Shown piece after piece: positions 51,194 through 64,000 of a DNA stretch of 64,000 nt. The stretch is from contig NW_024704747.1 in the NCBI RefSeq assembly GCF_018977255.1, forward strand, positions 19,654,001 through 19,718,000, read 5' to 3'. The stretch comes from Callorhinchus milii (Eukaryota). Each line of letters begins with the position of its first letter. Position 1 is the first letter of the stretch. The translations under genes and the position numbers were made by a program. Under the pieces are notes generated by a model, which saw only the letters and a program-made list of their open reading frames with translations, ran no database searches and was not told the origin of the DNA.

Positions 51194-53966
51194 TTGTTTG
51201 GGATAGACGAAGGATTTGATTTTTCTATTTGCGTTGACACTAATATTGTGTTTTTTTAGTTATCAATAGAATATATTTCAATCAGTTTGGTTATTAGGTT
51301 TGGCTTAAGTACTTTTAGGTACAATATTAATTTTCACAAGGTAGCCTGTAATATGTTCTGTTTCCAATGCAGCACCGATCACGTGTAGTTTTGGCACATG
51401 TGTTTTCAATTTCTCTGGATATTAAAGTTGGCGATGGCTAAAGCTGTATTTCTTACTGCTAAAGAGTAATTGTGTCCAAGATCAAACCTGATGCTTGATG
51501 TGAGTCATTCGCGTATACTGTGTAGAGCTAAGTGACACTGGTGTTGATTTTATATTTTGAACACAGGCTGACATATTTGTAGACAGATATTATTTTAAGT
51601 GTACTGCAAATGTCAATATCAAAAGTGACTTCATCTTTTCATTTAGTGGTTAGGAATTGTGGAAATGAAAAGGCAGATTTGTACAAGTCAGTAGACAATG
51701 CAGTTACACAAGAATACAGAACATCCTACAGGATACAAACAGAGCATTTCTTCCAAGTAGTTGTTTTCTTTCTTGCTTAAATATTATTGAACAAAGCAAT
51801 TCATTTGTCATGTTTGGGTGAGAAATAGTGCTAAATGGCATGCCTAGATGTCTATTATAAATGTTTGCATTTAATTTGCATAAATGCCTATGTTGGATGG
51901 GTTTACGTTATTTTCAGGCCAATTGATTTGCTAACAATTTAATATTTACTCTACAACCATCTGAACCTTTCCATTTCCTCCTCTTTTCGCCCCACCCATG
52001 ATCTTAAAACTATTTTAACATATTCTGTAACGGCTATTCATTTTGCAAAGTAATGTAGTATTTTTAAAACTATTAAAACTCGAAGTGAAGTACAAATGTG
52101 ATGAAACTTTATAGATGAAAACTCACCAAAACAATGTTGTATTCACACAAATTTCATTTCACAAAGCCAGTGTGCAGAAAACTTAACTAACTATACCCAA
52201 AATGATCAAAAGATTTGAAAATTTTAAATATTTAGATACCTTTAAATATCATTAGTTAGAAAATTAGTTATTTCAAAATTAAGTACTTTGTTGTATGACA
52301 CAGCGAACAGAATCAGAAGTTTCTCTGTTCGTATGCAGTACAAAAACCAAAGTTCAGTCAATAATTGCCTTGGAATCCACGCCTTCTTCAATTGTGTGCT
52401 TCGATTTGTCTTCAATATTGTTGGTGCATAACTTCATAATACAGTATCCCTTAAAGAATATTTTTGGAAGTAGCATTTTTTAGGATGACAGTGGAGCTAT
52501 GTGATATGAGAAGTTGAGGCCCAAGTATTCCATATAGGTTTTGCTAGCTAAATGAAAGTGGTAAAGTTGAATGTTTTTGTGCATAGCATATTAGTACCAA
52601 CTTAATGGGAGAAAAAATGATTTGTATTAATTCAGTGTATGAGACTAAGCAAGGAGAACTTGTGAATATAGTGGGCCATTTTGCTCTTCAGCCAACTATT
52701 ATTTCTTTACTACCCTGCATCCCTTCTAAGTAAGACACTGAACAATATGGTGTAGATATAGGACTAAAAACTGCAAGTCCCAAAGTTGTGGGTTCTCTCA
52801 TCCTATCCACTCCCATATCACTCTCAAAGAATCAATGACAAAAATTACATTTGGTTCATCCCATCAAATCCCACCTAGCAATATTAATTCTGAATGGTGG
52901 CTATAAAAACATTCATAATTCAACATCCTCGATGGACTGCACAAATATATCCAATTGACAACAAGCAAGATCATAGAAAGGAAAGAAGTTTACATTACTG
53001 CAATTTTGTTCAACAAGATTACATTTGTATAGCGCCTTAAAGTATTCAGAAGATGACAAAAAGGGTTCCATTCACCTCTCTTGAAGTCAAAACAATGCTT
53101 AATGCTTCCGCTCCTTAGAAATGCATTATTCAAATACATTGGACAAAAAAAATTACTAGTCATTCGATAGTGGACTAAACTGGTATTGGTGCTACAGTAA
53201 GGATGCACTTTAAATGGATTTATCATACATTTACTGTTTTGAAATGTAAACCTGTTGCTGCTGTACCCTATAAAACAACAGCAATCAGAAGTATTTTTGA
53301 TCATTTAAGGACAACACACAAATTTGCTCCGGAAGAGCAGGGTCCTTCAATAATTTTATTTTCAAGTATTGAAAGACTCAGTTACATAGCAACATGACAA
53401 CACAGTTTCAGATGTCAATATTAGTAGATTATCTTTCAGGGTTTTAACAGCAAAATTACATTTGGATAGTGCTGAAAGGTAATGTTCATCATTGTTTTAC
53501 AAGTGCAAGAATTTATTTATTAAAAATATGCAGAGGTCTGCACAAGGCAAATAAAGATAATCCATTCATTAACAAGTAAAGAATGAAGATTTAATACAAT
53601 TACTATTGTCTAACACAAGGTCTCAAAAGTAAAGAAACTTTACAATGTTAACAACCAATACTGGAATTAATCTCAGAAAATTTAATCTTTCAAAGTCGCC
53701 ACATCTAAAACAAGCAGCAATTCTGTCAACTACCCAATGCAACAGATTTTTGAACAAAATAACAACTGCTACATATAGTGGACCTTCACTACAATAATAA
53801 TAATCAGATTACAACTTTCACTGATTCAAAAACTAAATTAGACTCACTGTAGCATAGTTTGTAATACGGCTTGGAAAGGCAGTGTTAATCTTCTGTAGTA
53901 CGGAATAAATTCTGTATATTGAGGAAAAACCCATTTTACTGATGTTGAAGACATTCTTTAATTTTT

Positions 53967-56900
53967 TTAAAGCTTATGAGGTGAAGCCAGCTTCTGTTTT
54001 AGAATTTCTGCCAGCTTGTCGATGAACTCGAAGGTATTCAAATAGTCAGAACGCTGCACACTGAGGATAGAAAACATTATTTGTGTGAATAATGAAGTAG
54101 AAACAAGCTACACTTAAAAACAAGACGGCGGGTGGGGGTCCCACTTAAGAAAATATTCAATGCTAATTTAGTACTCACATATTACTTGAAAATACATTTG
54201 AAACTTTTGAAGATTTTTTACATTGTACAGGAGATTGCATTAATTTACAGTGGATAAAGGAGGATACTTATAAAGGAATTAGATTTAAGGCGACTTATTG
54301 AAATATCTGAAGTGTTCCAATACTACTACAATGCCCATGATTCCTTACACTCCTTGAAGTCTTTATAAACCTCTCTAACTCTAGTATCGTGGGTGGGGAC
54401 GAGACAAGTTACACAGGCAAAAAAATCAAAGAAGGCCGTAGTAAATACTGTTAATATTGGCTATCAACTCTCTAACCTTAGTGGACTGCCGGGCCCCAGT
54501 TTGAATAATAATAATAATAATCCTTGCATTTGATATAGCGCTTTTCACGTCGGGAGGACGTCCCAAAGCGCTTCACAGAACACACTGTAAAGTGAATTGA
54601 CTGTATATTTGCGGGAGAACGCGGCAGCCAATTGCGCATAGCAATGTCCCACAAACAGTCGTAGATTGAAAATGACCAATTTATTATTGTTTTTGGTTTT
54701 GGAGGGATTATTATTAGGCGTGTGGAGTAAGGAAACTTGCCCAACGTTTCGCCCTGCCTGGAATGCATGTAGAAACTAAACTGGATAAGACTCAGACTCG
54801 GTGCAGTTTGGATCCCAGGCAAAATAATGGACAGACATAGTTTGAAAGAGATGCAGCATTGGACAAATTTCCACTAAATGTTATCTCCATGTCCAGGTCA
54901 ACATAGAAATGAAACAATTAAAAGGTCAAGAAATGGGAGGAGGTTAGAGTGACCAAGAAGGCAGTAGTAGATAATGAAGTGAAGAGAAAAATAATGAATT
55001 ATGCTATATAAGATGAGGAAATGGTTTCATTATTTCTATTTTCTAAATGTTAATAGGTTTTAAGAGGATAAATAGTGAAACATTTCTCCTGTTTGTTTGG
55101 TAAATTGATAATTTGGGGGGAATGATCGTGTGTGCATTCATGCATGATGTGTAGTCTGTGTCATCTTAAGTTTTTCAGTATTAAAACAGGTAAATATTTC
55201 ACGGAACAAAATCTGTGATCCCTCAAATCAACTGTGAATTTACCATTATAAAGTAATTATACTTACTTTGGTAGCCCTTTGATACATGCAGCCAAGTCTT
55301 TAGTCATGAATCCAGACTCAATAGTTTGTAAACAGACTTCTTCCAACACAGTACAAAATGTCTGTAGTTCATTGTTCTTATCCAGTTTTGCTCTGTGTGC
55401 TAATCCTCGAGTCCATGCATAGATGGAGGCTTGAAAGGAAAAAANTATTTCCTGTTACAAACCATAATAAGCATCCTTGCATTTGATATAATGCCCTATC
55501 AAACCATTGAGCTGTCTCAAAGTGCATAATAGAATATGCATAATAATGTACGAATGAAACAATGCCTTCTGGCCAATACAGTTCCATTATAATTTTCTAG
55601 TCCAGAAACTACAAACAACAAGCAGACCATGTAAGTAATTACATTCTTGTACATCATTGAATGAGAGCATTTTACCAATTGGGTTGGTCGATGTTTCCTT
55701 GCCCTGCTGGTGCATTCGGTAATGACGTGTCACAGTGCCATGGGCAGCCTCTGCTTCCACTGTCTTACCGTCAGGACAAAGCAATACGCTTGTCATCAGT
55801 CCTAGTGACCCATATCCTGCACACAATTGGGAAAATATTAAATTAAAAAGCCACTTTTGTTACAGAAGTAGTTAGTGAAGACTGAACAAACAGTATTCCC
55901 CTCAAATCTCTTCACCTTTTTAGTTAGATATATAATACATTTATTTTGCAATCTGTATGATCTACTTCCAACATGTGCCTATGGACATCATTCCACTCTT
56001 CTTCCTATGAAACATACAGTTGAGGTAAAGCTTCTCAAATTAAAGAACAATGTAAAATTTAAATATATTATACTTTTAAAGACTTGAATTGTTTTGTTAA
56101 TTTTATGATGATGAAGGAATGCCAAGTGAAAACAGTTCAGAAATCAATTTGTAGACCTAAATGCTTCAATGTAATGCATAATATACATAAACATAAAGTG
56201 GATGCTGATAAATTACCTTGAGCAATTGAGTCAGATTGCACATCACCGTCGTAGTTCTTACAGGCCCAAATAAAGCCTCCCTCAGATTTTAGTGCTTGAG
56301 CTACCATGTCGTCAATTAGCCTGTGTTCATACCAAATTCCTTTGGCTTCAAACTTTGCTTGGTATTCACTGTAAGAACAAAACTATTATTTAATTATTCA
56401 AACAGAGTGATAAGGGAAACAATGAAGCAGTATTAACTTTTGCTCCTTTCTTTACTAGCTTGAGGATAGGAAGTTTTGAAATGTTTTAATCTATATTGCT
56501 CTTCATTTAAAGGTCTTCTGACACTATGTTTGTGCTGACAAATCTATGCAAGCTTGGCTACATTTCTTTATGATTCAGTGATTGCAATTTTTGTTCATTG
56601 ATTCCAAGGACAGCAGTGATTGTGCTCCTTGCCCAGAATGTCTATCCCCTTTCAGCTAAAGGAGAAATAGAATGTATAAAGTTAGTGTTAGTTACTTTTC
56701 ATAGATTTCCTGGAATATGTCCTTGAATCGTCCATCATAGCTCTTCAGTATGGTATTCTTAGTGCTTAAGTATAATGGCAAACTTTTAACGAGAGCTTGT
56801 TGGAAGGAACTATGGGCAAAATTCTTGATTGAGCAGTCAGTGTTAAACATTCCTAAAGCAATTCCACCACCATCTGCAACAGAAAACAATTAAAGACATT

Positions 56901-59900
56901 TTAAACGACACATAAATGAATAGTTAGCATTTTCTGGTGGTCATTATACACACCCAGATGTTTTTAAACCACTATCAAAAATCTCCCATTATTACATCTT
57001 CCAACATTTGTATTACCTTTCTTCCTCCATTATGTGAGAATTAAAAATTAACCTAAATTATATTCATACACTAATTTTTTCTCCTCTTTAATAATAAATT
57101 TACATTCGGTTAGCACCTTTCATATCAATAGGGTGGATAACCGGACCTGTATGTGGTAGCCAAAGAAGGTGGGCAGGAGAAATTACAGTTTGTATTTATA
57201 TAGTTCCTTTCAAACTGCTTTTCAAAATATAAACAAATGCAATAGAAAATCTGCGTCAACAATGTCCCATAAACCACACGATGAGTAGCCAATTGATTTG
57301 ACTTTGAATATAAACCAAGAGATACACTCCATTACTTCATTGAAAATAACAACAGCAAGGTTATTCTGAATCAAACGCAGAGGGAACCTAAATGTATACC
57401 AGCAAGCAGAGTTGACTCATGCCAGTATACACAAGTACACAGTGAGGTTACAATGGCTGCATGCACTGAGAACTCTGGCTTGCTCTAATTCTTCAGATGA
57501 ACTTTAGCACATATTTAATTCACAAGCTGTTCATTGCAAAATATATCAGTCTTATTGAATATACATTACTTGTCATAGAGTGGTAAAGAATGCAGCAGCA
57601 GATGCAAAGTTGGAGTTCTAACTTGGCCTAAACAGTTGAAGATATTGCTATTGCCCATTGTCCAATGCATAGATTTTTTTTCATAACGCATACATTATAT
57701 TTAAAATCCTTACCTTCAAATTTATGAATAATATAGCTTCTAGGGTCACCACCATTTTTGGGTGTGTATTTGATTTCAACTAGACCAGGACCAGGCACAA
57801 CAAAGTCTACAGCTCTGTACTGTGAACAAAAGTATGAATGTTACTAAATTACTTTTGGTCACCTGTATAACTATTTTCAGGACATTGTGAAAACGATATT
57901 ATGTGAAAAAAGATTGTTCAAGACAGTAAATTCAAATGGTATTATGTTCACTATAAAGAAGCGTTTACCCCAAAGCAACAAGAAGATTACACTTGTTTAG
58001 CGTCTTTCACTTCGGGAGGACGTCCCAAGGCGCTGGCCAGTGTACAGCATTTCAGCAACTATATTTCTTAGAAACATTTTGGTCAAATTTGTTACTGCTT
58101 AAGTTCGCTAGGCAACTTCTCTATACACAAATGTATAGCTTAAAGTTTAATGAGAACTAATTTATACTTAAGTAAAAATTACTAATTTTTAAAACTATAA
58201 ATGAACACTGCACATAATCATCATAAATTATAAACATTATAGTTTATTGAATGGGTTTTGTCGCAAACATGGGACAATGGACCATTATATCACAATTTGA
58301 TGTAATGATATTGCACCACATTAGACAAGAAACCATTACTGGGATTTGATGGAATAATGCAAGTATGTAATGGACATGTGGTATTCAGTGAGGTAAACAT
58401 TATTTATTGTGTGCACCCATTATGCATTAGTACAGATCCTGTGTATATATATATATATATATATGACTAAATGACTGTAGGACCTGTACTAATTGAACAC
58501 TGTTCACCAGTAACTCAACAATTTTTTTTTAAAAATCTGCTAGATTGGAAATTTCTCAAATCTAACACTTGCACTTTGTGTGAGTGTGTGTATAAAAAGG
58601 GTTGACATCAATCATTTAATTTCCTCACCCTCTTCTGCCATGTGGTTACACAAACTACAGATATTGCTTCACAAAGCTAAGTTCACATTCAGGTTCATAG
58701 TTGTATTGCTTCATATGTTCACTATCTGCAATATTTGGAGATTCATTCAACCTAGCTCAGCATTTACTGCAACAATCAAAATGTACTGAACTGGTAACTA
58801 ATGTACTGAATTGTGTCCTGCACTTCTAACAAAGGAAACAGAGTAATAGTGTATAGAAAATGCTATCAGGTAATAGGATTCCTTGTCCCTGATCGTTTAG
58901 TTTCCATAAATAGCATCTCTCAAATTTATAAAATTCACTTCATATTTACATTTTGAAAAAGATTTAATTTTTTCTTCAAGTGTAGTATTGCTTTTTCTGA
59001 GGAATGCTGCTGTAAGTTGAAAGGTAGTGATCAGAACAACAACAACATTTCATTTATAGAGCGCCTTTCACGTCGGGAGGACGTCCCAAGGCGCTGGACA
59101 GTTGGGTCATGACCCGAGCAGGGGGGAAATGGTCAGGTGAGGGGAGGGAAGGGAGGGAGCAAGGAGGGGGTAGAGAGTCGAGAGGGGAGCTGAAGGCACG
59201 GTCAAAGAGAAAGGTTTTGAGACCGGCCTTGAAGGAGGAAAGGGAGGAGGCAAAGTGAAGACCCTGGGGGATGGAGTTCCAGAGCCTGGGGGCTGAGAGG
59301 CTGAAGGCCCGGCCACCGATGGTAGGGCGATTAGGGCAGGGGATGTGGATTAGACCGGAGCCAGAGGAACGGAGGGTACGGGCAAGTAAGTAGAGGGATA
59401 GTAGGTCGGAGAGGTAGGAGGGAGCAAGGCCGTGAATGGCCTTGTAGGTGAGGATCTTGAATTCGATCCTCTGGGGGATGGGGAGCCAGTGGAGGCGAGC
59501 GAGGGTGGGAGTGATGTGGTCCCGAAGCCTGGTGCGGGACAGTACATGAGCTGCAGAGTTCTGAATGACCTGCAGCTTGTGGGGGGAGGTGCCGGGAAGG
59601 CCGGCGAGGAGAGAGTTCCCATAGTCCAGCCTTGAAGTGATAAAGGTGTGGACCAGAGTTTCAGCAGCGTGAGGGGTGAGGTAGTGCCGTAGTCTGGCGA
59701 TATTCCGGAGGTGATGGAAGGCGGTGCCATTTGTGGCGCGGATATGAGGAAGAAAGGACAGCTCAGGGTCGAACAGAACCCCGAGGTTCCTGATGGCTTT
59801 GAGAGGTGGAGAGTGCAGCCTTGGATGCTGATGCTGTCAGCGCCTGAGGTGCGGAGGCGCTGACGTGAGCCAATCAGGAGGGCCTCAGTTTTGCGCACGT

Positions 59901-61425
59901 TGAGCTGAAGAAAGTTGTCTCTCGTCCAGGACTCGATGTCGGACAGGCAGCTGTCAGGACATCGGTGGTCGTGGAGTTGAGGGTAGAGGAGGAAAGTTAG
60001 AGTTGGGTGTCATTCACATACATTCCATTTACATGTCTGCGGATGATGTCACCACAGGGGGAGCATGTAGAGGGTGAAGAGGAGGGGACCGAGGACAGAG
60101 CCCTGAGGGACGCCGCACGAGACAGTGGGGGGCTGGAGGAGAAGCCGTTTGTGGAAACAAAATGAAGACGGTGAGAGAGGTAGGACCTAAACTACTCAAG
60201 GAGAGGGCCTTGAAGGTTGAGGTGGGAGGACAAGCGGTTTTCAACAGTTAGTTGAAAACTAAACTTCTGTGGGAAACAAATTAATTAATTTCATTACTCA
60301 CTGGTCTGGTTCTTCAAATTAGGACAAAGTTTCAGATGTTTCTCATTACTTTCAGGCGAGCACACAAAGGAGTTAGATAAGGTCAATGCTAATATTGCAA
60401 CTGCTATATAAAATTGGCCCACAGTTGATGTTAGAATAGACTTCACATAAGAATTAAAATCTTCCATTTTAGGAAAAAATATATGAACTTAAACCTATTC
60501 AATTTGGAGAATTGCACATAATTAATATTACAAAGATCCTGGTGCCAGACATAAATGATAGTAAAACTAGTTTGTGTACATCTTGTCACTTAATTACAGT
60601 ATTGTCCAAATGTTTTGAAGTATTAATAAAAATGGTCATGCTAGTTCATCGGCACTATTCATTTCTATAACAAACTCCTAACGCAATAAATAGGACTCAG
60701 CCAGCAAACATGTGGCGAAATGGTGTGCATATGCATGTACAATCAACTAGTGTATGTGGGGAGTGATCAGTTTTTACTTAATTTTCACTTTCATAGTAGT
60801 CCACGAGTGCAGCTGTTTATGCACCAAATTTTGAGTTCACGATGTGCAGCCACTCAAGAGATCTTGGCAAAAATACATTGATGGGCAGCTAAATGCACAA
60901 GTACAATATGCCGATGGGAAGCTATTTTATGTTGATATTCTCATCCGAACCACATTTTCTTACTGTCTACAGCAGTGGTTATTCTACATGCCCAAATTTG
61001 AACTTGAGTAAAATTCATCAGTTTGATTTGATTTTAGGATTCACAATTATGAAAACATTACAATTTTGTTCTGCTAATTTTAATCCCCCACTCCCCCCCC
61101 AAAAAAAATTGTAACATTGTTAAACGCTCTTACTTGGTCACCATATGCATGACGGCCAATGATGATTGGTTTGGTCCAGCTTGTTACCAGTCGAGGAATG
61201 TTCTTACAGATGATAGCTTCTCGAAACACCGTGCCCCCAAGGATGTTACGGATGGTTCCATTGGGTGATTTCCACATTTTCTTCAGCTTGAATTCTTCCA
61301 CTCTATTTTCATCAGGTGTGATTGTAGCACATTTGATCCCTACGTGATATTTCATAATGGCTTTAGCAGCATCAATGGTTACTTGGTCATCAGTAGCATC
61401 ACGGTTCTCAATTCCCAAATCGTAA
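53967..61425 (-). CDS. IDH1: Isocitrate dehydrogenase 1 (NADP+), cytosolic; 5'-partial
   Basis: Exons 61134-61425, 57714-57819, 56696-56873, 56217-56368, 55676-55816, 55267-55429 and 53967-54060 join in phase. Motifs [48 protein letters not shown]. Ends in -HKL*. Neighbours the gamma-crystallin cluster, as IDH1 does in human. Confidence 0.96.
54504..54761 (-). mobile_element. Young Deu-domain SINE in the last IDH1 intron
   Basis: Near-identical reverse complement of 39851-40061 plus part of the head (ttgggcaagtttccttactcc). Confidence 0.87.
59035..60240 (-). mobile_element. L2 (LINE2) retrotransposon, 5'-truncated, in an IDH1 intron
   Basis: Highly similar to 31436-32630 in reverse; (TTG)n tail at ~59035-59047. 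Confidence 0.93.
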
Positions 61426-64000
61426 CTTTTTAAAAAAGAGTAGTTAAAATTGTATTCAGTAAAGATTAAGAAACTGGTTTGATATGCATATCAAATACTG
61501 TGCAGAACAATATTCCTGTTTTTCCTCCCCCTCCTCCATTTAATTGTCCATGAGCTTCTCCCATTAAGAACAGAAGGTCTGGCTGTTATACTTGTCCCCA
61601 ACCGTCGCTCAACATTTAGAATGATGTTATCTACCAAAAGGTAGTATACTGTTGCTGGTCACGGCCTCACCTTAACTTTGATGAATGATTTTTTTCTTCA
61701 CCCTTGTTCTGCACCACAATAGCAATTGTCTTGCCATCCACAAAAGCTTCATAGATGTTTAAATAACTCTGTAGTACTATATTCCCTTTTTTTCACTTTA
61801 AATAATTAAAATAAACCTTGACAATGTAGAGACCCCAAAATCACACATCATGCTATCTAGTGAGGGCTCAAACTTGCACTGGTCAGATGTCAAATCACCA
61901 AGTAGTAACAATCCTGGGGGAGGGGGTTTTCCTCCTGAGAGTTTCCTTGGAGCTGAGGTGGCTCCTAAATGACAATCTTGGCAATGCAATGTCTGAATTG
62001 TCAATTTCCTGTGGTGGTGGCAGTCGTCTGGCCAGATGTGTTTGCAGTACTCCAGGGAACTGCTGATGAAAGACCAGTCAGCCTGGCTCGTCAGCAGGAC
62101 ATGGACGAACAGATGCAGGCAGGGATTCTTCCCATTCAGTTTCCAAAGTTCAGTTTGCAACCCAAAGCCCCGATGGTCTTCGCTGTATACGCAGCAGGAA
62201 ATTTGCCAGGTGGTGCTTTCAACAGAAAACTATGAGGTTTTAGCTGGTTAAACTCCAGCAGTACCCAATCATACACTAGGGTCCCCAAAAGCTTGCCAAC
62301 TGCATCTAGCACTCTACAATCAGATAATCATCCGGGGGGGGGGGGGGGGGGGTGAAATACATAGGTGGAACTCTTATCTGGTTTGAATATTCTTAAGCAT
62401 AATTCCTCATGTCACAAACCAGGCTGATGAAAGAAAAACATTAATTCCTTTTCATGTAAAAAGCAGGAAACAAAAGCTGGATGAGTGGCAATATCTTCTA
62501 GTTCAGTTGAGGCAAACTTTGTAAAAACTCATGAATGCAATTCTTGTTAGTATCACTTCCATTCACATTCAATTTAAATCACGCTCTTTGCAACTGCTTT
62601 GTCATGAACATAATCTCTAGCATGAACTAACCAATTTGGGCAGGATAAAAGGGCAGTGTTGGGTTTTTCAGTTTCCTTCATTACCTTTCATCAAATTCCA
62701 ACTTAATACCTTTCTCCAAAACCAATATTAATTTGTTTCCTTATCTATTTTCAACTATACTGTCGTAGAAGTACTCTTAACACATTGAACCCCACTTTTT
62801 AACAAAAAACTTTTTTTGTATTCTCCAAGATTGTGAATTTATTACACATTCATAACAATTCACTTTTATAATGTTATATTTCATAAGAAGACGTGAAAGT
62901 ATAAGCAGACGTGCCATAAGAATTCTGAATTCAGTTTGACAGATCATTTTTGATTCCATTATTTTAATTGGGAGATTCACAGTCCAATATTGACTCCATT
63001 CACATAAAGCAGATTAAAGTCAAACAATCACAGAACACTTTTGTTAACATTTTTCTTCAATGTGATTGATTTGTTTTTCACCTGAAATTTGCATTCAAAG
63101 GATAAAGAGACCATTTTTTAAAAAAAGAATCTTTATTTGCTGGGTTTCTAGACACGTTAATGCTTCCACAACTCAAGTGAAAGTCTCTAACCTGTCAATG
63201 ATTTATTTAAAAGCCAAGGAGAGACAAAGTATCACTGAGTAACATTTGCTAAACCCTCCTCCTACCGGGCAGATTAATGTTGTATACTGACCTAGCACAT
63301 TAACTTAATTAAGAACGCCAGTGGTATGTTACTGGGCAGGGTCAGTCGGGCACTTCAAACTGTCTTTCCTGAGTGAGTTAGCCAATCTCAGCCAGAACAG
63401 CTATTGGTCCTAGAAAATGGCTTCAAGGGCCACAAGCTTGGAAAATAGATCACTGCAATTGCATTCTGACGACTGTTACTGAAGTGCATTTGTAGCTGTC
63501 AGGGACAGCAGCTTCAAGCTCAGCTGTGTTACCGAGGGTTAAACTGCCTGCCAACATTCCCTGACTGCACTCACATTTGACATGACAGCCGATGTCTGGA
63601 ATCATATCTTATTATGACTTGCTCTTCAGAAAACAAGTTATTCTTTTCAAAACTAATCCCAAATATCATGAAAATTACTTTGCCCATCTAAAATTTGTGT
63701 ACTATAAGACTTGTTCCGAAGAGGATTCGGTTGAAATGGGTGGCACATGATGGATTCTTTCAATGTTCTGTGAGTGCCCAAAATTGTGCATTAATAGAAA
63801 GATTTGGTGCACTGTAAAATACAGTTCTCTCCTGGCTGCATGTGCATCCACTTTTTAATACTATATTCAAATGCACATTTTTTTTGTGCTCAGCATAAAT
63901 GTTTTGACTTGATTTGTTTTTTTACTAAAACTATTGGGATTGTGTCGAAGAAGGCGCTATAATTTTTTTTGAATAAAGCACTTTATGGAAACCTCCAGCA

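Noticed and set aside
1-64000. CRISPR array or prokaryotic defence system
   Set aside because: No regularly spaced repeat-spacer array or operon-like genes; the window is spliced vertebrate DNA, and the RT fragments are ordinary L2/CR1 LINEs.
61430-64000. First coding exon of IDH1
   Set aside because: No GDEMTR-encoding exon recognised; ORFs such as 61798-62160 and 62777-62980 show no IDH similarity, so the exon probably lies beyond the window.

Overview
Eukaryotic (vertebrate) genomic DNA, most likely from a cartilaginous fish; this is inferred from the Deu-domain SINE, L2 and CR1 repeat content and the crystallin type. Positions 1-33.2 kb hold a gamma-crystallin cluster of eight loci on the classic 3-exon plan (9 nt, 243 nt, 276-279 nt). 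Six are intact: five on the minus strand and one inverted on plus. One is a doubly disabled pseudogene and one is an orphan exon 3. The first three copies lie in recent ~3.8-4.0 kb tandem units, and the cluster shows patchwork identity suggestive of gene conversion. Next come a CpG-island promoter and a complete shugoshin-2 gene (+, 8 coding exons, ~1184 aa). It converges on IDH1 (-, 7 coding exons here; the first coding exon is not seen and probably lies beyond the window end). Intergenic and intronic DNA is rich in SINEs and L2/CR1 LINE fragments, and there is a 165-N assembly gap. I do not see a clearly new biological system. The best leads are a probable non-autonomous L2 subfamily, exon-level gene conversion among the crystallins, the orphan crystallin exon, and the repeated RRTFVV modules and SGO1-like tail in SGO2. 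All alignments were done by eye.
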